Positions 57,796 to 64,000 of a stretch of DNA of 64,000 nucleotides are shown here, one piece after another; within the stretch, counting starts at the first letter, position 1, and each line of letters begins with the position of its first letter. A program made the position numbers and the translations under genes. The notes beneath the pieces were generated by a model. That model was not told where the DNA came from and ran no database searches. It saw only the letters and a list, made by a program, of their open reading frames with translations. Location: positions 329,462-393,461 of the forward strand of contig JALHPE010000001.1 in NCBI GenBank assembly GCA_022842645.1. Reading direction: 5' to 3'. The DNA comes from Minisyncoccota bacterium (GTDB taxonomy: Bacteria > Patescibacteriota > Minisyncoccia > Phycocordibacterales > UBA2100).

Positions 57796-59250
57796 ATGGG
57801 TAAGTCATTCTACATAACCACAACGCTTCCGTATGTGAATGCGCCTCCGCATATTGGGTTTGCGCTCGAGATTGTGCAGGCGGATTCTATCGCGCGCTAT
57901 CGCGCGCTCCTTGGCGACGAAGTCTTTTTCAACACCGGCACCGACGAGCATGGCATTAAAATTTATCGTAAGGCGCAAGAAGAAGGGAAAGACACGCAAA
58001 GTTATGTGGATGCCTATGCTGAGCGCTTCAAGCTCTTACAAGAGAGACTGAATCTTTTTCCGGAGCTTCATTTTGTTCGCACCACCGATACACATCATAA
58101 AGCCGCGGCACAGGCGTTTTGGAATCTATGCCTCGCCTCGGGAGACATCTACAAAAAGAACTACAGTGTGAAGTATTGCGTCGGGTGTGAGCTTGAGAAA
58201 ACCGACAGCGAGCTCGAGAACGGCAAGTGCCCAATTCATCCTACTCTCGACATTGAGCTCATAAACGAAGAAAATTACTTTTTTCGTTTCTCGCGCTATC
58301 AAGTCTCGCTTCTCGATCTCTATGCACGCCGCCCTGATTTTGTCGTGCCGGATTTTCGCTTCAACGAGATTCGAGCATTCGTTGCGCGTGGGCTTGAGGA
58401 TTTTTCCATCTCGCGCAGGCGCGAGAAAATGCCGTGGGGCGTGCCTGTGCCGGGAGACGAAGCACAGGTCATGTACGTCTGGTTTGACGCTCTTATCAAC
58501 TACATCTCAACGCTAGGTTGGCCGGAAGACGAAGCGGCGCTCGAGAAATTTTGGGGCATTATCGATTCACCAAAAGCGCTCCAGATTGCGGGGAAGGATA
58601 ACGTGCGTCAGCAAGCAGCGATGTGGCAGGCGATGCTCATTTCTGCGAATCTTCCCTCGACGCGCCAAATTGTGATCCATGGGTTCATCACTTCCGGCGG
58701 GCAGAAGATGTCCAAATCAGTGGGGAACGTAATCGATCCTTACGCGATTATTGATGAGTACGGCACGGACGCCCTTCGTCTTTTCCTTCTGCGGCATATA
58801 CATCCGTTTGAGGACTCAGACTTTACGATGGAAAAATTTAAGGAGAGCTACAATGCCGACCTTGCGAACGGGCTTGGCAATCTCTCTGCGCGAATCCTCA
58901 CGTTGGCTCAGGCGAATCTTGAAAAGCCGATCGAGAAGCCACAGCCGGTTCCCGAGGATTTTCCAGCAGTCTACACCAGCGCTTTTGATCGCTACGACTA
59001 CAACGCCGCGTGCGATTACGTATGGAAACTCATTGGAGAATTGGACAAAGAACTCACCGCCGAGAAGCCATTTTCGGTGGTAAAAGAAGATCCTGAGAAG
59101 GGGAAGGCAATGATTGCCGCGATGACGGCTCGCCTCTACGTAATTGCGCGCCTCTTGCAGCCCATTATTCCTACGACAAGCAACGCTCTCAAAGCTGCAA
59201 TCCTTGCCAACAAAAAGCCAGAAAATTTGTTTCCGAGGAAGGAAAAGTAA
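57796..59250 (+). CDS. metG: Methionine--tRNA ligase (short form without C-terminal OB domain)
   Basis: YITTTLPYVN..PHIG, GTDEHG, YVWFDALINY, KMSKS. Confidence 0.96.
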   Translation: MGKSFYITTTLPYVNAPPHIGFALEIVQADSIARYRALLGDEVFFNTGTDEHGIKIYRKAQEEGKDTQSYVDAYAERFKLLQERLNLFPELHFVRTTDTHHKAAAQAFWNLCLASGDIYKKNYSVKYCVGCELEKTDSELENGKCPIHPTLDIELINEENYFFRFSRYQVSLLDLYARRPDFVVPDFRFNEIRAFVARGLEDFSISRRREKMPWGVPVPGDEAQVMYVWFDALINYISTLGWPEDEAALEKFWGIIDSPKALQIAGKDNVRQQAAMWQAMLISANLPSTRQIVIHGFITSGGQKMSKSVGNVIDPYAIIDEYGTDALRLFLLRHIHPFEDSDFTMEKFKESYNADLANGLGNLSARILTLAQANLEKPIEKPQPVPEDFPAVYTSAFDRYDYNAACDYVWKLIGELDKELTAEKPFSVVKEDPEKGKAMIAAMTARLYVIARLLQPIIPTTSNALKAAILANKKPENLFPRKEK

Positions 59251-59280
59251 AAGGCGAGCCGCGCATTGCAGCTCGCCTTT
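59251..59280. terminator. Bidirectional terminator hairpin
   Basis: AAGGCGAGC...GCTCGCCTTT between convergent ORFs. Confidence 0.6.
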
Positions 59281-59283
59281 GTA

Positions 59284-59655
59284 TTATATAGGCTGTGGAA
59301 CTTTCCACCCGATTCTTTCGATGGGTACGCTACGGCGCCGACGGCGTGTGCGTAACGAAAGACAATATTCACGTTCGCAATAGCATCTTCCATTACTCTC
59401 GCGTCCAACAAATAGATTATACCCCTCTCCTCTTTCAAGGACATCTTGGATTAGTTCGTGCAAAAGTTCGTGGGAGAACAGGAAGCCGTTCTCGTTTTTA
59501 TATTGGATTGCAATTTCACACGGAGTGCGGAATTGAGAATAACTGAGTAGACCTATCACTCTTGCAATTAATCGCCATATCCATCTGATTATTCCGATGA
59601 AGACGATAGTTCCGCCTGCAAAGGTCCAAAGAAGAATCTCTATCCAACTCTGCAT
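59284..59655 (-). CDS. Hypothetical protein with N-terminal TM
   Basis: ORF fills the metG-tatD gap; MQSWIEILLWTFAGG... Confidence 0.5.
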   Translation of the reverse strand: MQSWIEILLWTFAGGTIVFIGIIRWIWRLIARVIGLLSYSQFRTPCEIAIQYKNENGFLFSHELLHELIQDVLERGEGYNLFVGRESNGRCYCEREYCLSLRTRRRRRSVPIERIGWKVPQPI

Positions 59656-59745
59656 CTTTTTTCTCCACGCGGTTGTTGATCTATTGATACTATGCCGTCT
59701 CAAGATCAAATGTCAAATCATACAAGAGCGTGATACTATTTTTCG

Positions 59746-60558
59746 ATGAATTACTACGACTGCCACACCCACGTAAACTTTGTTGCGTTTAAAGATGATG
59801 CGGAGGCAACGATTACGCGTGCCCAAGAGGCAGGTGTGGGCATGATTATGGTCGGCACGCAGTTTGATACCTCAGAGGATGCCGTGCGGGTGGCGGAAGC
59901 GCATGAAGATGTATATGCCGCAATTGGACTCCACCCTATCCACAGCACCAAGTCCTATCATGACGAGAAAGAATTGGGCGAGGGAGGAAAAGAATTTACC
60001 TCGCGAGGTGAGATTTTTGACGCTGCACAATACGAGACTCTCGCCGCTTCGCCGAAGGTGGTTGCAATAGGGGAGTGTGGACTTGATTACTACCGTCTTG
60101 AAGAGGGAACCAAAAAGACGCAGGAAGAGACGTTCGTTCAGCAGATTGAGCTTGCGAATAAGTTGAATAAGCCCCTCATGCTTCATATTCGCAATGCGTA
60201 CGAAGACTCGCTCGCGATCTTGAAAGCGCACGCCAAAGTGAAAGGCGACGTGCATTTCTTTGCGGGGGATTGGCATATCGCGAAGCAATTTCTTGATTTT
60301 GGATTCACACTTTCTTTTACCGGCGTTCTCACCTTTGCGCGCGAATATGACGAGGTGGTGCGTAACGCGCCTTTGAGCATGCTTCTTTCAGAAACAGACG
60401 CGCCCTACGTCGCCCCGAAGCCGTATCGGGGAAAGCGGAACGAGCCAGCGTATGTGGTCGAAGTGGTAAGGGCAATCGCTGAAATCCGAGGAGAGTCGAT
60501 CGAGACCGTGCGCGAGACCTTGGCACAGAATGCGCGGCGGGTGTTTGGACTGAAATAG
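59746..60558 (+). CDS. tatD: TatD family DNase
   Basis: DCHTH, GLHP, AIGECGLDY, LHIR, ETDAPY..P..YRGKRNEP. Confidence 0.95.
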   Translation: MNYYDCHTHVNFVAFKDDAEATITRAQEAGVGMIMVGTQFDTSEDAVRVAEAHEDVYAAIGLHPIHSTKSYHDEKELGEGGKEFTSRGEIFDAAQYETLAASPKVVAIGECGLDYYRLEEGTKKTQEETFVQQIELANKLNKPLMLHIRNAYEDSLAILKAHAKVKGDVHFFAGDWHIAKQFLDFGFTLSFTGVLTFAREYDEVVRNAPLSMLLSETDAPYVAPKPYRGKRNEPAYVVEVVRAIAEIRGESIETVRETLAQNARRVFGLK

Positions 60559-60644
60559 GATTTAGGCACTTCTGAAGCCAGAAATGGCTTAAACCCTCGG
60601 ATTCTTGCGCTCTCAGGCACCTCGTGCTACAGTGCGCCCCACAT

Positions 60645-61142
60645 ATGACAGAAAAGCACAGCGAAGAAATAATCTCCCGCGTCTATGAGGCGGGCTATCA
60701 CATCGTTCCTTCGGTTAAGGAAGAGGATGTCGATCAGATTGTTGCGAGCATTCGTGCTGAAATTGAGAAACAGGGCGGTTCTCTCATTGCAGAAGGTGCG
60801 CCAAGCCTCATGAAGCTCTCCTACGACATGGAGCAGCGCGTGGGTGAGAAGCTTGTCGGTTACGACCGAGGATACTTCGGCTGGATCAAGTTTGAGGCGG
60901 GTACGCACGCGGCAAAGGCGCTGACTGATGCTCTTAACGCTCACAAGCAGATCTTCCGCTCAATCGTCTTTAAGACTATTCGAGAAGACACGCGCGCAAA
61001 GTACAAGGCGCCGCAACTCCGCGAAGTGAAGCGCACAGACACCCTCAAGGCTGCGCCCCGCAAGGTTGAATCCACTGACGCCGGAGCTCCTGTTTCCGAA
61101 GCCGACCTTGAAAAGGCACTCGAAACACTTACGGCTGAGTAG
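60645..61142 (+). CDS. rpsF: 30S ribosomal protein S6
   Basis: YE..Y.I.P, LSY, GYF; first gene of rpsF-ssb-rpsR. Confidence 0.88.
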   Translation: MTEKHSEEIISRVYEAGYHIVPSVKEEDVDQIVASIRAEIEKQGGSLIAEGAPSLMKLSYDMEQRVGEKLVGYDRGYFGWIKFEAGTHAAKALTDALNAHKQIFRSIVFKTIREDTRAKYKAPQLREVKRTDTLKAAPRKVESTDAGAPVSEADLEKALETLTAE

Positions 61143-61154
61143 TACAATCTATCT

Positions 61155-61592
61155 ATGTATTTAAATAAGGTTTTGCTGTATGGGAACCTCACGCGCGATC
61201 CTGAGTTGAAAGCGCTTCCTTCAGGTATGAATGTGGTCAATTTCTCCATTGCCACGAACCGCACCTACACAGGAAAAGACGGCAAAAAGCAGGATCAGGC
61301 GGACTATCATAATATCGTCGTCTTCGGTCGCCAGGCAGACATTGTGAATCAGTATTTGAAGAAGGGTCGGGGCGTTTTCATTGAAGGCAGAATCCAGACC
61401 CGAAGCTGGGAAAAAGACGGGCAGAAACAGTACCGCACTGAAGTTGTCGCTGAGCGTGTCCAGTTTGGTCCTGGGCGTGGCGAAGGCGGGGGAGGCGGAG
61501 CGCCTCGTGCCGATGCTCAAGAAGAGGATACGGCACCGAGCGGCATCGACTACCCGAAAGAAGACATTAACCCCGACGACATTCCTTTTTAG
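61155..61592 (+). CDS. ssb: Single-stranded DNA-binding protein
   Basis: LNKV.L.GNLTRDPE, EGRIQTRSW, C-terminal DDIPF. Confidence 0.97.
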   Translation: MYLNKVLLYGNLTRDPELKALPSGMNVVNFSIATNRTYTGKDGKKQDQADYHNIVVFGRQADIVNQYLKKGRGVFIEGRIQTRSWEKDGQKQYRTEVVAERVQFGPGRGEGGGGGAPRADAQEEDTAPSGIDYPKEDINPDDIPF

Positions 61593-61626
61593 GATTTAGA
61601 AATTAACGCTTAGAATTTTCAAGACT

Positions 61627-61830
61627 ATGGCACAAAACAACATTCTTACCCAAAATGATATCCGCGTCGTTGATTACAAAGACGTCGATCTTCTCAAGAA
61701 CTTCTTGAATCCACATGGTCGCGTGTTGGATCGTCGGAAGTCTGGTCTCACCGCAAAGCAGCAGCGCGCCATCGAAGAGGCAGTAAAGCGTGCGCGGTTT
61801 ATGGGGCTTTTGCCGTATATCCAAAAATAG
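61627..61830 (+). CDS. rpsR: 30S ribosomal protein S18
   Basis: DYKD..LL..F, QR....AVKRAR..GLLPY. Confidence 0.96.
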   Translation: MAQNNILTQNDIRVVDYKDVDLLKNFLNPHGRVLDRRKSGLTAKQQRAIEEAVKRARFMGLLPYIQK

Positions 61831-61921
61831 TCTGTAGTGTGTAGACTGTAGTTTGTAGTCAAAATTCCGGCGAAGAGCCGGTATTTTGCATTACTACAGA
61901 CTACAAACTATTTTCTACAAA
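61828..61921. repeat. 7-bp periodic inverted repeat tract between rpsR and efp
   Basis: TAGTCTG TAGTGTG TAGACTG TAGTTTG ... CTACAGA CTACAAA CTATTTT CTACAAA around a CCGG/CCGG hairpin. Confidence 0.75.
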
Positions 61922-61929
61922 CTTCCCAC

Positions 61930-62496
61930 CTACACCCGCTCCACGTACTCACCCGTCTCGGTATTGATGCGCAGCACGTCACCTTCCTTGATAAACATGG
62001 GGACGTTCATCGTGGTGCCTGTTTCAAGCGTCACAATTTTCGAGCCACCTTGTGCGGTGTTGCCACGAACATCCGGCGGAGCTTCTATAACTTTCAAATC
62101 AATCTTAATAGGGAGCTTTACGCTAAAAATTTTGTCGTCGAATGCATTGGTTTCCACCTCGGTATTTGGCTTCAAAAACTTCCCGCCATCACCCACCATT
62201 TCGTCGGTAAGTATGAAGCGCGCCGATTTGTTGGCTGCTTCGTGGAAGACCCATTCACCCTTGCGTTCGTCATGAAAGACAAAAACCGCTGGCTTCTTCT
62301 CGATTTCGGCCTCGTTTAACTTATCGGACTGCTGGAAGGAGTACTCGATTGAGTTGCCTTTGATGAGGTGGCGGAGCTTGGTCTGGTTAACCGGACGGCG
62401 TTGCTGCTTCTGCATGATGTTATTCCATGTGCAGACGTATGGCTCGCCCTCAACGAGGACGGCGACGCCAGGTTTTATTTCGTTGTAGTTCAACAT
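61930..62496 (-). CDS. efp: Elongation factor P
   Basis: RGNTAQGGSK..TLETG...VPMFI..GD...INTETGEYVER. Confidence 0.93.
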   Translation of the reverse strand: MLNYNEIKPGVAVLVEGEPYVCTWNNIMQKQQRRPVNQTKLRHLIKGNSIEYSFQQSDKLNEAEIEKKPAVFVFHDERKGEWVFHEAANKSARFILTDEMVGDGGKFLKPNTEVETNAFDDKIFSVKLPIKIDLKVIEAPPDVRGNTAQGGSKIVTLETGTTMNVPMFIKEGDVLRINTETGEYVERV

Positions 62497-62532
62497 ATCG
62501 GCGTATTCTATGCAGAATTGCCGATTTGTCCA

Positions 62533-62862
62533 CTACTTTTTTCTTTGCTCAAAAGGAAGAATGTCCGCAGTCCCAGCGTACCGCGTATCGACAAGAATGC
62601 GTGCCGCGTCGTGCAGGAATTGAATTGCAGCGTCCTCTTTGAAATCTTGTTCATTCGCACGTAAGTTCTCGAGTATCTGCGCAATTTTTGAAATTTCTTC
62701 ATCAATGAGAGCTCTGCGATCAGAAGAAGGTGTGTTCTGTTGCTCGCGAATAAGCCATGCTCGCCTTCTTTCGAGTTGCTGTTTTAATTGTAGACCGTCT
62801 TTTCCTAGTTGCTCAGCACGTTCTCGACTAAGATCGGGTTTGGGCACATCTTCAGGATTCAT
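62533..62862 (-). CDS. Hypothetical helical protein
   Basis: 109 aa ORF packed between recA and efp. Confidence 0.6.
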   Translation of the reverse strand: MNPEDVPKPDLSRERAEQLGKDGLQLKQQLERRRAWLIREQQNTPSSDRRALIDEEISKIAQILENLRANEQDFKEDAAIQFLHDAARILVDTRYAGTADILPFEQRKK

Positions 62863-62865
62863 ACG

Positions 62866-63924
62866 TTATTCTTCTTCGCTTGATACTCCGCGGGGCACGC
62901 CACCGCCCTCAAGTCCTTTACGGATGTCTTTCAAAAGCGCATTCAAGACCGGCTTGTTTTCACGAAGAAAAGTGCGCGCCGCATCATAGCCGCGACCAAG
63001 CTTGTGTTCACCATATTGGTACGAGCCGCCGGACGACTTCTCCAAGAGACCAAGTTTCTCTCCAAGGGCGAGCGATTCGCCTTCTTTGGAAATGCCTTCG
63101 CCGTACATCATATCGAATTCGGTCTGACGAAACGGCGCTGCCACCTTGTTCTTCACAATCTTCACACGATGTCTGCCGCCCATCACCTCGTCGCCCTTTT
63201 TAATTTGTGCGATGCGGCGGATGTCGATGCGGACTGATGTGTAGAACTTCAATGCCTTACCGCCCGGAGTCGTTTCTGGATTTCCAAACATCACTCCAAT
63301 CTGCATGCGGATTTGGTTGATGAAGATAACGACTGTTTTTGTGCGTGAGACGATCGCGGTAAGTTTGCGAAGTGCCTGCGACATAAGACGCGCTTGCTTA
63401 CCGACGTGCTGCGCACCCATATCACCCTCAATTTCATCTTTTGGGGTGAGCGCTGCAACAGAATCGATAACAATGACATCAATTTTTCCGGAGCGTACGA
63501 GAGACTCAGTGATCTCAAGTGCTTGTTCACCGGTGTCTGGCTGCGAGACAAGGAGGGAGTTAATGTCCACACCAAGCTTTTTTGCATATTCTGGATCAAG
63601 CGCGTGTTCGGCATCGATGAATGCGCAGATACCACCTTTTTTCTGAGCTTCTGCGATGCAGTGGAGGGAGAGCGTTGTCTTTCCGCTCGATTCCGGACCA
63701 AAGACCTCAATGATGCGTCCGCGGGGAAGTCCACCAATACCGAGTGCCCAGTCAACACCGATAGAGCCGGTGGGAATCGCGTTCACGTCCACCTTCGGTG
63801 TGTCGCCGAGCTTCATGATAGCCTCATCACCGAACTTTGTTTTTATTTCTGAGAGCGCGCGATCAATGTCTTTATCGGTGCCAGTTCCTACTTCTTTCGG
63901 TGGAGCTTTCGGTTTCTTTTTCAT
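62866..63924 (-). CDS. recA: Recombinase RecA
   Basis: [50 protein letters not shown]. Confidence 0.99.
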   Translation of the reverse strand: MKKKPKAPPKEVGTGTDKDIDRALSEIKTKFGDEAIMKLGDTPKVDVNAIPTGSIGVDWALGIGGLPRGRIIEVFGPESSGKTTLSLHCIAEAQKKGGICAFIDAEHALDPEYAKKLGVDINSLLVSQPDTGEQALEITESLVRSGKIDVIVIDSVAALTPKDEIEGDMGAQHVGKQARLMSQALRKLTAIVSRTKTVVIFINQIRMQIGVMFGNPETTPGGKALKFYTSVRIDIRRIAQIKKGDEVMGGRHRVKIVKNKVAAPFRQTEFDMMYGEGISKEGESLALGEKLGLLEKSSGGSYQYGEHKLGRGYDAARTFLRENKPVLNALLKDIRKGLEGGGVPRGVSSEEE

Positions 63925-64000
63925 GCGGAATCTTGTAAACGGGTAAGTCTCATAAGTATACAGCGCGCTATGAAGTTTCAGGTGTTGACGTTCCGCTCTC

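Noticed and set aside
217-63946. Numerous antisense and alternate-frame ORFs in the track (e.g. 8688-9179, 21517-22158, 47578-48213, 49200-49832)
   Set aside because: Shadows of well-supported genes with no protein-like motifs
1-64000. CRISPR array, rRNA, integrase, transposase or reverse transcriptase
   Set aside because: No regularly spaced 25-40 bp repeats, rRNA signatures or recognisable motifs for these enzymes were seen

Overview
A 64 kb origin-proximal segment of a small bacterial chromosome, most likely a Patescibacteria/CPR (Parcubacteria-like) genome. The assignment is inferred from gene content, rplK without rplA, the VirB4/VirB6/PrgI cluster beside oriC, short proteins and tRNAs without an encoded CCA. 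It holds a T4SS-like cluster, jag-yidC-rnpA-rpmH / dnaA-oriC-dnaN, recombination and repair genes (ruvA, ruvB, ruvC, recO, recA, polA, PIF1), type IV pilus genes (pilB, pilMNO), four aminoacyl-tRNA synthetases, ribosomal and translation genes, seven tRNAs and several Cys-rich secreted proteins. No CRISPR array, rRNA, integrase or transposase was seen. The most unusual signal is non-coding. Four different tRNA genes (Lys, Arg-GCG, Val, Leu) are each followed by a related structured element of about 110-165 nt. It has a conserved, covarying core and a variable segment antisense to the 3' end of its own tRNA. Also notable are a promoter-to-terminator hairpin-rich candidate ncRNA and a 32-bp-IR MITE-like element between ruvB and pilB, recurrent 7-bp-periodic intergenic tracts, and pervasive leaderless -10/ATG architecture. 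All calls come from reading the sequence by eye; no database search was run.
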